DNA from: Chrysomallon squamiferum
Lineage: Eukaryota > Animalia > Mollusca
Direction: 5' to 3'
NCBI GenBank assembly: GCA_012295275.1
Contig: CM022677.1
Location: 19,964,001 to 20,028,000 of the forward strand
Length of the DNA: 64,000 bases
This document shows, piece after piece, positions 41,571-55,176 of the stretch (its first letter is position 1; each line of letters begins with the position of its first letter). The notes beneath the pieces are model-generated. The model had not been told where the DNA came from. It searched no databases and saw only the letters and a list, made by a program, of their open reading frames with translations. Both the position numbers and the translations under genes were made by a program.

Positions 41571-42379
41571 GTCACTGGATGCTTTTAAAATTTATTTATT
41601 AAATTGTTCAAATGCTAGACTGATTATTTATTGTAAATACTTACTTTTTTAATATAATCGCTGGGTAAAACCAGTTCCTTAAACCGTTCTAGGGCTCTTG
41701 TTCCCTGGTTACTGTTACTCCACACACCTGTATCCAAGGTGACATACACTGCAGCCCCACCTATAGCAAGTTTAGTTACTGTCCTGCAAAATTAATTGTC
41801 CATCATGAATCAGTTCACGAAGATTATATAACATGTCTTATTTTTAATTTTATTATTTATTTTTGTTTTATTTCTTTATATATGTCATCTTTATATCTGC
41901 AGACTTCCAAATTTTTGTATTACTATTAATTACTAGTTTATTATTTTTATATTCAATTATAATTATTCATATCCGTAATTTATTTTAAAGTGATTTTTTT
42001 ATAAACATGTTAAAAATCTTGTATTTTGTGGTTTGTGAGTGCGTGTATTATTGCATGTTTGCCATTTTTCTTTAAAAGTTTTGACTTCACGTCATAAAAA
42101 TGACATTATTCTAAATCTGAACTTTCTGAAAATTAAAAATAAAAACATTAAAAATGATGAAACGTCGCCCATCAGTTTCATAATCATGATAATGAAATTA
42201 TGAATCTATACAATATTTAAAGTCATTATGACTTTGAAGCATCCTATTACTCTAATTTAATTAATATTTCAGCAATACGTGAGCGATGCATAAAATGTTA
42301 CAAAAATATAAAATGCATATCGCCAATGACAAGTAAATACCGGTAATTTGGAAACATACTTGAACAAGGTCGACGCCAT
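38229..42379 (-). CDS. MICOS13: MICOS complex subunit MIC13/QIL1, 103 aa; exons 42379-42360, 41783-41645, 40258-40207, 38329-38229
   Basis: Spliced product MASTLFKTVTKLAIGGAAVYVTLDTGVWSNSNQGTRALERFKELVLPSDYIKKAYAIDDMNSTIINKWNSGVKTTFSYLFAAPELVCTYTKKGMCYLQSQLNK. It has the N-terminal GGAAVY...GVW transmembrane segment and the WNxG motif of QIL1/MIC13. GT-AG introns, phases 2/0/1, total 312 nt. Absent from the ORF track. Confidence 0.9.
39139..39782. mobile_element. Non-autonomous DNA transposon (MITE), ~640 bp, in MIC13 intron 3
   Basis: 23-bp terminal inverted repeats with 1 mismatch: AGGTACCAAACCTTTTATCTGGC (39139-39161) and GCCAGATAAAGGGTTTGGTACCT (39760-39782). AT-rich non-coding interior. 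Flanks look like a decayed TA-CAGG...CCTG-TA (Tc1/mariner/pogo-like, inference). Confidence 0.7.
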
Positions 42380-42719
42380 TGTTCTTTCTTTCTTTCGTAA
42401 ATTCCTAATTTGCCTTAACTAAACGAGTGAAAAGACTACCGTAATGTGTACCGAAAATTGTCAAGGCATTGCTCTTTGATAGCGGTTTTGGCCTATCGAA
42501 ATTCGTGTATGCAAGAAGGTAAATTGCTATTATAATTACAGTAAAACAGTTATATAGCTTTATATGAATATTATTATTACCAAACAAAATTTCGAGGGCG
42601 AACTATAAAGATTTGGAGCTAAAGATCGAACAGGCTAGATATGAATTTTTCTATTCCAGTTTGAATTACTGCAAGAACAGGATTTTGATAATATAAGAGG
42701 CCACTTTAAGTCTGTCTAA

Positions 42720-42772
<53 letters not shown>

Positions 42773-43110
42773 GTTATTTTTCATGTTAGTTATGACGTCC
42801 AGCGTTCTTCGGCGGAAATTAAAATCTAACAAATACAATGGCAGCAGAAAGAATACAAAAACAAAAAAAAACTACACACACAATCAAATAATTATGAGTT
42901 ATTGTTTTTAAATTAGTTGTTAGTTGTTAATTTTATTTTTTATTATTATTTTGTTGTTGTTATTGTTGTTTTATTACGCTGATATTATTTCACACTGATA
43001 AAACAAAAAATCTTTGACCAACGGTCATGCACTCTCTAACACTGATAGAGAAACCTGCATCATTTGAATGTTAAGGATTAAAAAAAATAATAATAATCGT
43101 GGATTTATTC
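42380..43110. promoter_or_regulatory. Putative bidirectional promoter shared by MIC13 and the METTL25-family gene
   Basis: The divergent ATGs (42379 minus, 43111 plus) are about 730 bp apart. The interval is locally CpG-richer and contains TGACGTCC and CGGAAAT motifs near 42793-42819. Confidence 0.55.
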
Positions 43111-43582
43111 ATGGCAAAAATGAGAGAGATTGATCCTGAAACTGTGTTCGAGTTTCTCGCTCAGTTTTCTTGGCTGCATTCGTTTCCCGTGATTAATTAC
43201 TTCACTCAGAATATCGGTGACAAAATACCATCACAGGTTTGTGAATTTTTGGGGATGGATATTGTTTGTATAAGCAGGCAAAATTGTTATTTTTTGTATG
43301 GAAATGTTAGAAGTACTCAGATGGAAATGTTAGAAGTACTTCAAATATGTTTTGCAGAAAATTTTAGATGGATGTGTGTGTCTCTCTGGCTGTCAGTGAC
43401 AGCAGTAATCTTAGGCTATTTTACTATTTAGTAGCTAAACTGTAAGTCTGTAGTCTTTAAAAGCATTTACTGATATTATTTTTTTTACTTTATTATGATG
43501 ATGATAATCATTATATACTATATTATAACTGTTATTATAATTATAATTATTATTACTATTATTATAATTTTTTATTTTTTTA

Positions 43583-43619
<37 letters not shown>

Positions 43620-45603
43620 TTTTTTTTTTTTTTTTTTTTTAAATTTAATTTGCTGCTCGTTTTATTTAAAGTTTTATCTCCACTACAAATATATTTTATT
43701 TATAGAAATGCTTCTGTCATCTATTGTTTCATACTGTTTGACTGTATGTATGGATGTATGTATGTGTTGGGTGTCTATTTTGAATTATGTAAAAACATGC
43801 TATATAGCTGATTTAATCCAAGACATCTTGTCAGTATATCCCAAACCTTTTCTAATTCTCTGTTACTGTTTTTATTTATTAATTTATTTTATTATTTTTA
43901 TTTTTTCTTTGCAGTGGAAAGATTTCTTGGGTAATTTAAATACTGAACAGTTGAACATGGTTCCATTTGAACAAGAATTTGACAACGTAAGCTTTCTGTT
44001 CTGTATATTAATGAAACTCATTCACCTAAAACTAGGTTTTCAATGAATTTATTTCTTTTTTTGTTTGTTGAACATTAAATAAGTTATCAAATATTACTAA
44101 CATGAACTTAAACTCATAACACAAACACACACTAAATAAGTCCAAAAATAAATACATAAGCTAATTACACACACACAAAACATGTATACATATATAAAAT
44201 GGTAAGTTTAAAAACACAATCACAACATACACACACACACACATCAATTTTTACTTTTCTAGTTTTATTTAGCATAAATTGAGTGTTGATATGACACACA
44301 CACACACACATAAACACCAATTCTTTTTATTCTAGTTTGTATTTAACAACAGAAACTGATTGTTTGTATTTATCTCAGTTTATAATTTTTATTTATCATT
44401 AACAGACTATCTGGCCAGAAAGCCTCATCAGCTTTGTGAAGAAGTGTCAGGCATTTTCATTGGACAGAGATCAAACTGAACTTGAAACGACAGTTCCTAT
44501 TGGTCAGGACATTTGCAGGGGAATGTCTGCTAAGAAACTGCATGAAGTGAAATGCATGGCTGCCCTGGTTGATGATGTTTGTACTCAAACTCAAAGCAAC
44601 GTTATAGTAGATGTTGGGTCAGGATTGGTAAACAAAGCATTCATTTTTTTTTTTTTTTTCTGTATTTTTATTTCTTCAGTTTTTGTGTTATTTGATTTTA
44701 GTTTGATCATTTTATCTTAATTAGTATATGTATGTGTGTGTGGATATATACAGATATATTCTCATATTTTATTTTGATATATCTATTTGACTTTTTATAG
44801 GATTATTCTCAATTTATGTTTCTGTTAAATATTGTTTAAATATTCGTTGAACTAATCTGACCTAATAATAAAGTTTAATAATAATTTAACAGTAACTGTG
44901 CCATTTTGTTGAAATAATAGTAATACTTTAACAGTAACAAGGGTATTATTTTCCTGTCTTAGAATTGTGAATTAATACTGGAGTCTTTTACAAGTGAATT
45001 TCTATTTTCTTATAATGAATTTTTTTTGTTTTTTATTTTTGTAGGGATATCTTGGTCATGTACTTCATAAAAATTTCGGTCATCCTGTTATTGGGTTGGA
45101 GGGAAGTGGCGGCCATGTTGAAAGAGCTGAGAAGAGATCTGCCAAACAAGGTAATGACTATTATCCAATAGAAAAATGTGTTACAGAAAATTATCCAGTA
45201 GAAAATTACCCAAATAGAAAATTAAAATGATTACCTTACAAAATGAAATATTATCAAAAGAGGAAATTTGTATATGATACAAATTGGTGTCAAAACAAAT
45301 TATGATACCAAAAAATTATCAAGGAGAAAATTAGCTTTCAAAATGGTATCCAATACAAAATGATCTTGCAAAATACTAATACTGAATTGTTAAATGAAAT
45401 GTTTTTCCACTTAAAATTAGCCTTAAGAAGTATTATCCAATAGAAATTTGTCTTACAAATTTATTTGTCCATTACAAATTGGTAACAAAACAAATTTTTT
45501 CAGTTTCTTTTTAAAACACGTAAGATAGGTTTTATGAAATATTTGTTCAAAATTGTTTTGCATAATGGAATATTTTGTTGGATAAAAATGATATATATTG
45601 TTT

Positions 45604-45647
<44 letters not shown>

Positions 45648-46913
45648 TTTTATCACAGTTAAAATTTCTTTATATTTTCAGACTTATCATCCGACTGTGT
45701 TAAAACCATCAAATTTGACATTCAACCAGGAGAAGATAACTTCAGTAACCTTACCCAGACGTTACAAGGATTATTTCCCTTGGTGGGTCAGTGTCCACAC
45801 ATCAGACCCAACAGATTAAAAGAACCAATGAATGGCACTATAAAATTAGCACCACCCGAAGACCCAATCAAAAGTAACTTAAAAATATCTGTACAGGAAG
45901 AACCAATCGGCATAGATTTGCTTAATCGTGAATATTCATGTCGACTTCAAGGGCCTTATCAGGGTTTGGAAAATGAGAATGAGTTAACAATAGAGAAGGT
46001 GGTGGATAAAACAGAAACAGATCCAAAGAGATTTCATTTTAAGAATAAAAATAAAGAAATAAGAAATCATACACAACATGTTAATGGTGGTGATGATGAT
46101 GATGATGATGATGAAGGCACAAATATTACCCAGTCTAGTTTAGAAAAACCTGGACAAAAATATTTTTCTTGTGATACAGAAAATGAAGACATGAAGAATT
46201 CCAAATCTTTGAATAGTTTTAATATTAGCCAGCATCAGAAGAAATTATTTCCTTTCAATTCAGATGACGATAAAGATATACTACACACAGAGCCTAAATC
46301 TGGCCAAGATCTCTCTTGTTGCTATGGCAGTGGACAAAAAGACGTTACCATGACGACAAAAGTCCGAGCGACTCCTTTCTGTATTGTAGGTTTGCACTGT
46401 TGTGGAGATTTGACTCCAACAGTTCTGAAGTATTTTGCAAACAGTGACAGTGCAAGATCTTTGTGTGTTGTCAGCTGTTGTTACCACAAGATGGCCGCCA
46501 ATTCAGGTTTATTTTTCATCTCTCTCTACATGTTTGTGTATTCATAATATTTTTCATGTTTACCCTTCTCTCTGTGTATCTGTATATCTACTTATCTATC
46601 TGTATATCCTCTGTCTCTCTCTCTCTCTCTGTCTCTCTGGCTGTATTTCTGTCTTAATGTCTATATGTTATACCATTATCATTGTAACTGTCCATCCATA
46701 TATCTGTCTCTCTGCATGTGTAGTATCTTTCTTACATAATTACATAACTTTAAAAGATTTTGTTTCATTACTGAATTCAGATTCTGTGACTAACTTTCCA
46801 ATGAGTAAACCGTGGAGGTGTTCGTACAGTGAAATTCAGAGTTTTTATCCAGGCTGGGAAATAAATACAAGCAGTTTAAGACTTGCAGCGCAAGAAACTA
46901 GGTGAGTGAGAGA

Positions 46914-47008
<95 letters not shown>

Positions 47009-47011
47009 AGG

Positions 47012-47082
<71 letters not shown>

Positions 47083-48838
47083 TCTTCTTTCTTTCTTTGT
47101 TCTTAAAGATCACGGTGGAAATCTCAAACTGCTGATGATCATAACAAACACATGATGAACGTTGGGTTACGGGCCTTGTTGGAACTCTTTTTAAAAGAAG
47201 GTAACTGCACCATTTGGGCAATACTGGTCCTGAAAGATTATAAATATTTAATAATGTAGTGTTCTGTTTTTTTATTACTTTTTATTATTTATCTTTCTGA
47301 ATATAAATCTAATTCATTTTTTTTTTCTATTATATCATTCTCTCTGTCTGTCTACCCATGTGTGTATATATGTTTGTATGTATGTATACATCTCTCTCTT
47401 TCTGTTAAATTTAATTTTTATTGTATATATACACAAACACTATATCTCATTTACAGATCTCTGTCTAATTTTTTTAATCTTTCAGTTGACAATGACAAAT
47501 ACATAAGAGATAGCATAAACAGAAAGAAAATCAGAAAAGCAGATTTTTCCAGTTTTGAAGCTTTTGTGTCTTCTGTGTTACCAGATGATGATGGTTGGTT
47601 CATTTATACAAATTTTAATTTTATTATTTTGTACATGTGTCAGAGTTCAAGTACATGTGTGTTCATGTGTATCTGTGCATCTTGTGACTGTTGACTTTAT
47701 CTGTATTACCAGTTACAGATGTTTCCATTATCCTGTGTGTGTGTGTGTGTGTTCATTTATTAACAATATCTGTATCACCATTTAAAGCTAGCTATAGTTC
47801 ACAACTGTTTGCATCACCCTGTATATGTGTGTTCTGTTCCTATGTGTTTAAGTGTGTGTATGTGTGTGTATGTGTGTTTGTGTCTATATATATGTGTGTA
47901 TGTGTGTGTTTGTAGTATATATATATATATATATATATATAAACATATACGTATGTATGTAGATTAATTTTGAGTGTGTGTGTTTGAATGTCTGTTCTTG
48001 ACAGTGTACATATGTTAATGTATGTAAGTGATGGTGTGTATTTCTATTCTGTTTTTGTGGGTGTGTTCTGTCTCAGTGTGTTAGTATTGTGTTTCTATCT
48101 GTGTTAGTATTCTTTTGTATTTTATATTGTTTCAGATGATGTGAATTTGAAACACAGAGACAGACTGTTTGACTTATACAGACAGTTTGAAAATGAGTTC
48201 AAACACATTGAAACATTCACAGTAAGTAATATATATATATATATAGATATATTTTGTTATACTAAATTGCTCCTTAAAAATAAATAGATGAATAAAACAA
48301 TTGTTTTAGATCATGCATGATATCTGCACTGAATGTTTTTATTACTTTATTGTAAATATTTATCAAAATAAAATATTTTATGACAACTGTATTTACATTA
48401 TGGAAATTTCCCAGTAATAAATTTCACACAAAATTCAGTAATCTTTCATTTTTATTAGTTAAGCTTTTTTATTATTAAAAGAATAATAATAACATAGTTG
48501 ATTTTATTTATTTCCGTCAATGAAAGTGTTCATCAGAAACAACAAAAATACTGTTTAGTATGGAAAGTTAAAAGGTCATTTTTGACGTATGTTTTCAAGA
48601 ATAAAATCTTAATCAAAAATCTAAAATCATTGTATCAAGTAATATGAACCAGAAACTGATATTAAAAGAATGTTTGTTTGTTTCTAAGCTTAAATGCTGT
48701 CTTCATTCTGTATTTAAAAAATAAATAAGTAAATAATGGAATAAATAATAAATAATAATAATAATAATAGTAAAAATAATCATAATAATAATAATAATAA
48801 TAATAGTAATAATATTATTAATATTAATAATAATAATA

Positions 48839-48882
<44 letters not shown>

Positions 48883-49051
48883 ATATTTTATGTTTCAGTG
48901 TTTACAGGTTCTCGTTCAACCAGTGTTGGAGTCTGTGATTTGTCTGGACAGACAGGCGTGGCTTCACCAGCAGAATCTCCAAGCAGAAGTAGTTCCAATC
49001 TTCAATGACAAGATTTCTCCAAGAAATTTGGCAATTATTGCAAAAAAATGA
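43111..49051 (+). CDS. METTL25B: METTL25/METTL25B(RRNAD1)-family SAM-dependent methyltransferase, ~636 aa; exons 43111-43236, 43915-43986, 44406-44627, 45045-45150, 45682-46506, 46781-46901, 47109-47200, 47486-47593, 48136-48221, 48899-49051
   Basis: Family motifs MSAKKLHEV, IVDVGSGLGYL (SAM motif I), VIGLEG, VGLHCCGDL, SCCYHKM, FPMS, LESVICLDR and AEVVPIFNDKISPRNLAIIAKK. Ten exons with consistent phases (1911 nt). The C-terminus looks closer to METTL25B than to METTL25, but orthology is uncertain. Confidence 0.85.
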
Positions 49052-50943
49052 AATTTGTTATAATTCCGAGTTGTTGTTTTTTCCCTTTTTTTCCTTTTTT
49101 TTTAAATTTATTCATCTTTTAGTATAATTATTTCTTTTTTTTAATTTTTTTTTTTTTTTTTTTTCATTAAACAAGAAATTTTTAATATAGAAATATTTTT
49201 CTCATTTATTTTCAGTTTAAAAAGTCATTCAAAAAAGGTGGGGGTGGAAAAAATGAGGATTTTTCATTTTTATGGAGAAACTTGTTACCTTTATCTCAGT
49301 AACCAAAACCAGTTTACTGTTCAAAAACTGTGACAGAAGGACAAGCCTTTCATTTTTTTAATTTTTGTCTCCAGTGAGAAAATGAACAAATGTTTATATA
49401 CACAAAAGCTTACAGATCAAGAAATTCAGTTGAGAAAACCTTGAACAAAGTGCAGAACCTAAAAGATTTCCAAATTCATTGTTGGATTATTACACACACA
49501 CACACACATTTGTCTTTATTTTATATTTATTCTATCAAATTTGATGACTATGTTCTCAGAAATTAAATAAATGAAATGAAATTTGAAATCTGTTTCTGAA
49601 TTAAAATACAATATTAAAAAAAAAATATATATATATATTCATAGATAACATGTAACATAATCTGGTTATCATTAGACAACAAAATCAAACTTGAGATGTC
49701 TGGACGATGCCAAATACAGAAATGTACTTTTTATAGTGTGATTTGAGCAATCTCTTCAAATAGATACATTTCCTCAAGATACACATAAATGTCAAAAAAC
49801 CCACTATTTTGCTGAACCCAAAAATAAGGGTGTCCATGGACAAATTTTCTCCTTGATTCTACATTTAAATATAATTTGTATTTATTTTTATTTTATTTTT
49901 TTTTAAATTTTAAAATGAAACAACCCCAATGTTTTATTATTTGTGTCTGGCTATTAGTCAAGGGCTTAATTTAGAAAGATGATTGATACCACCTGTTCTC
50001 TCTCATCTCTGTATTATGTATGTATGTATGTATATATAAATAAAACAACACAACAAACAAATAATACACATAATGATTTTCTTTCTTTCTTTCTCATAAG
50101 CATTTGCAACAAATCACAGGTAAATTAAAACAAAACAAAATTTGTAATTGTAATAATTTTGTTTATTTCTCTCCCACAAATGTGTTTAACAATTTAAACA
50201 TTTGTTTTCACCATCTTACAAGTTTGGATGGAAATTTTAACCAAAGTCTATCATTCAAAGTTTTTATTTCCAAAAGATTTCTCATTAAAAACAAAGGCAA
50301 CAAAATTCGTTTTTTTTTTCTTTTTAATTAAGTTTGAATAAATCCAGTTTAAATTTAAAAATCTTTAAAGCTAGTTGAATTAATTATGTTTTTAAAGATT
50401 TCTAATCAAAGGGAGATAATACTACTTTTTCAGACAGGTTTGAACAATCTCTTAAACTGTCATTGATATTATTTTTAGAGAATAATATACTTCATATTCA
50501 GAGGAATAACTCCATGTAATATTGTTTTTTTTAACTACACTTTAAAAAAACTAATTAGTTTCCAGATATATCAATTTCGATTTTTTTGTTGAACATATAA
50601 AATATTTATTCACACTAAAGTTCAAAAGAGTTTTAATAAAGAAATAAAATCTTTAACAAATCATAAAAACATTTTCCCTAAATAATTAAAAAAAAAAAAA
50701 AAAAAAAAAAATTGTAATAACTGTTTTTTTGTTGCTGTCTTTAAATGTTTCAATTTTTGCAACCCTATCATGTTCAAAGATTTTTTTTTTTTTATCACGA
50801 GATTCATTCAAAATCTGCAGGTTTCAAAAAAGACTTTCTCAATTTAAAATCTCTGTACTTTAAAATTTTAATTTTTTTTTTTCTGTTACTGTAACATTGA
50901 ATATTTGTCTAAAAAATGAGTGATGCGAAGCAGCTGAAAAATT

Positions 50944-52598
50944 TCAATGACTTTCTCCCTTTTTACCTGCAACCTGGAAAAAAAAAAAAAAAAAACATTT
51001 TTTATAATAATAATAATAATAATAATATAAAATAAATATGAATTATATACTGTATAAATTTGTTAAAAAAAAAAGCATTATTATTATTATAAATATTTAT
51101 CTAAATATTACTATTATATTTACTTTGAAAATATTAATAGGAAAGTGATGATATACTTAATCTGTAAAATTTATATAACATTATTAATTAGTATTTCTGC
51201 ATTACTGCAACAATTAATTTTATCATTATCATTTATTATATTAAATTATTAACAAAATTGTATAAAAACTCGTTAATTTATGATAACCAGCAGTTTTAGA
51301 TTAACTGATTTTTCAGTACAGAACAACAACAAATTGTAGCAATGTATTGAGTTGGAACAGAAGTTTGTAATATTTTTAAGTGAAAATCAAAGACAGTATA
51401 GATATTTATAATAAGATTTATTTAACCATTTATGTGCAGTTTTTGTTAACCTGTAAATCCTGTATATATATATGTTATTTATTTTAGTCACATATAAAAT
51501 GGAATCATGTACTCAAATGATTTTTAAAAAATACTATAAACTTCTGTTTTTCCAACCTAATCTTTATTAGTAAAATAAAAAAAATAAAAAAAAATCAGTA
51601 AAAGAAATAACAACAAAAAAAAAAAAAATTGTTGTCATGATGAACATTTAAACTGCAAATTTATAAATTTATAAATAAATAAATAAAACAGTAAGTCCTA
51701 ATTTAAGACTTGTTTGAAATTTTTGAGTTGATTAAATTCAGAAGTACTTAAGTAAAGTATTACAGCGATTTTAAAACTTGCTGACACAGTTAACGTATAA
51801 ATGAAAATTTAGTGAAAAAAGGCTTAAAAATTGAGAGAAGGACAATATGGCCCACAAAATAGAAAATTTAGAACAAATAAAATATTATTTGGCTTCATAG
51901 TATGTCTAGCATGCAGACAAATTGTAAAATATATCTCAAATATAGTTTATAAGAAATGCACAATAGCAAAAGATCATCAAGACTAGGCAGTTTCGTAAAA
52001 CTAATTATTTAAATACTTCTGACTGTTTTTGTAAAAAAACTGTCACAAATTTAAAAACTGAATGAACTTGAAATTAAAACAACAAAATAAACATAAATAA
52101 TAAAATTTAAATATGATATCATAGCATTTGCAATCTTTTGATTTATGATAAAATTTTTTTACAACTGATCAACTAAAGAGTTTTTATATATTTAATTATT
52201 TATTTATTTATTTAATGGAAACATAACAAATAAAAAGAAAATATTTATGACATCATTTACCAAAAAAAATTGAACGGAACAAAAATTCCAAATTTATCTT
52301 TCATTTTGGGTATGTACCAGAAGATAGAATCTAGGAAATTTCTCATTTCTTCTGGTAAATACTGATAGTGTTGACATAATTGAATATAATAATGTCTGAG
52401 AGTGAGTGTACACACATTTGTACGTGTGCACACACAAATAAACCAAAAAAATATATATATACTTACATAAATATCCATGATCAAATTCTTAAAAACCTAA
52501 ACTGGCATGAATCAAAATCCACACACACACACACACACATATACATTATATATAAACATACACACTGACACAAAATCTTCAATTCTGATCACATACAC

Positions 52599-52692
<94 letters not shown>

Positions 52693-53074
52693 CGTAGATA
52701 GGTAGATAACTAGCGAGACTGTGAAAGACAAAGAAAGAGAGAGACGGAGGCACGTAGATAGGTAGATAACTAGCGAGACTGTGAAAGACAAAGAAAGAGA
52801 GACAGAGAGAGAGAGATGTACAATATATATAACATTAAAAAAGAGACTCAGAGAGTTGAATGAATGAATGAATGAATAAACGAATAAATAAATGACGTCA
52901 TCACCTCAGATTACGTAATGTAAAAAAAGAAGGAATGTACACTGTTCTGCGTTCTGTGCAGTTTTCTTCGTGTTTTCTCTTCTTTCTTTCTTTCTTTCTT
53001 TCAAACTTCATTCAAACATTCACTGATCGATCAGAATTCTTGATGCACGTTATTTTTGTTAGAAGCATTTATGT

Positions 53075-53140
<66 letters not shown>

Positions 53141-53726
53141 ACATATACATAATCCAGGCATACATCTGTACTACAGATATACATACACAGATCATATATA
53201 CATACATACATAATACACATACACAAACATACATAAAAATACACACACAAACACATAATACAGACATGTACACATACAGTCACCCATACATACACACTCA
53301 CAAAAACACACACACATATACACACTCTCAAAAACACACACAAACAAACAAAAAAAAAAAAAAAAAAAAAAAATAAAAGAAGGTTTCTTGAAGCCTGCTA
53401 GTTTGGAATTTTTGCTGTCACAAAACACTTCAAAGTGAGAACGTTTCAAAGAGGTCACCGTTATAGAGGATATATGAGATAACTAACAGCACAGTAATAC
53501 CCTTTTAAATTCAGACATGTTGGTGGCCCCCACAGGACTTCCAATGAAACCGATGTAGTTTATCTGCGTCTTTTCAGTGTTGCCTTGGTTGTCCTTGACA
53601 AAAATCTGCAACGGAAGAATTTTATTTTATAAATTATGAAGTTCATGTTTAACGTTTAAAGTTGTATAAAAAAAAAATTATAATTATTTTATTTGTGCAC
53701 CGTTTCATTAAGAGTTGATTTTTTTT

Positions 53727-53759
<33 letters not shown>

Positions 53760-55133
53760 AAGAGGACACAGACAAACATTTAGAAAATGAGAGAGTGAAA
53801 GACAGACTCTCTAGTTGAATGATAAAACTGATATTTCAGAAGAAAAATCAACAATTCTCAGTAAAACAGGTTCTGAAGTAATTCTGTAACTACAGACAGA
53901 CAGTTTAGAATATTTAAAATGATCTGTATTTAAAAACACTTACTGTTACATTCTGAACGTTCTGGAATTTCACAAACTTGAGAGGAATCACAGAGTCATC
54001 TTTTAGATTTTCTGGCACAAGTCTAGAAAATAAAATTGATAAAATTGTGATAATTTGTTTTAGAGGTCACGTTGACTTTAATCTTTACATGAAAAAAAAA
54101 AAAAAAAAACACTTATCTGCACACATGCACAGAGGGTTAAAAAATAACAATAACAACCGTAAGAAAGTAATCCAGATTGAAATTCAGAAGAAAAATATAA
54201 CAAAATTATAACACCTGTTAACAGACAGACAAAGGGACAAACCAACCTGCTCAAAAGAAATCAGTATACTGTGCATTTGTGAATGGTTTCTATAAAATCA
54301 GTTGCATGCGTTGATACAGAGACAGGTAAAGATCTGTCTACTTGCTTCAAGAGATGGCTGTACAGAGAGATAGTCACATGAACAGACAGAGAGACAGACA
54401 CATGAACAGACAGAGAGATAGAAACAAAAACAGACAGACAGACAGACTTACTGTAATGTTTGTACTGCCTCCATAGAATCAGCTGAATCAAAGTCCAGTG
54501 TAGTTGGCTGATTTATAAATATTTTTACATTCTTAGGACCATTTTCTGTAATAATAAAAATAATAATCATAACAATAATGATGATGATGATCAAAAATAA
54601 TACATAATAATAATTTTAACAATAATAAAAATAAAATAGCAATAATAAAAGTAACAATGACAAAGATAACAATAACTACAATTACAATAACAATGTTAAA
54701 ATGTACAAAATAATAACAAGAACAGTAATAATGATGTATGCATGTGTGTGTGTGAGTTTGTGTGAGTTGTTAGATTATATTTGTAAACATTCACGTGCAT
54801 GTGTTGACGTTTACTGTTACTCATTTACTTGTGTGTGTTTGTTTTTTGGGGTCCATACAAATGTAAATGTTTCAGAATGTGTTCTGTGTGTGGGTGTGTC
54901 AACATCAGTGGGTGGAGGTATTTTTGTTAAAGGTGAATTTAAAAAATAAAATAAACAAACTACATTTTCATCATACCTTCTGGAGCGTGCAGTTTCAGAG
55001 AGTGAATTTTCACAGGTTGATTAAAAGCAATACTGATAATAAGCTGAAAAAACAAAAAACATATTATTCATTTATTTATTCATTCATTCATTCATTTTAT
55101 TTATTTATTTATTTATTTATTTATTCATTCATT

Positions 55134-55176
<43 letters not shown>

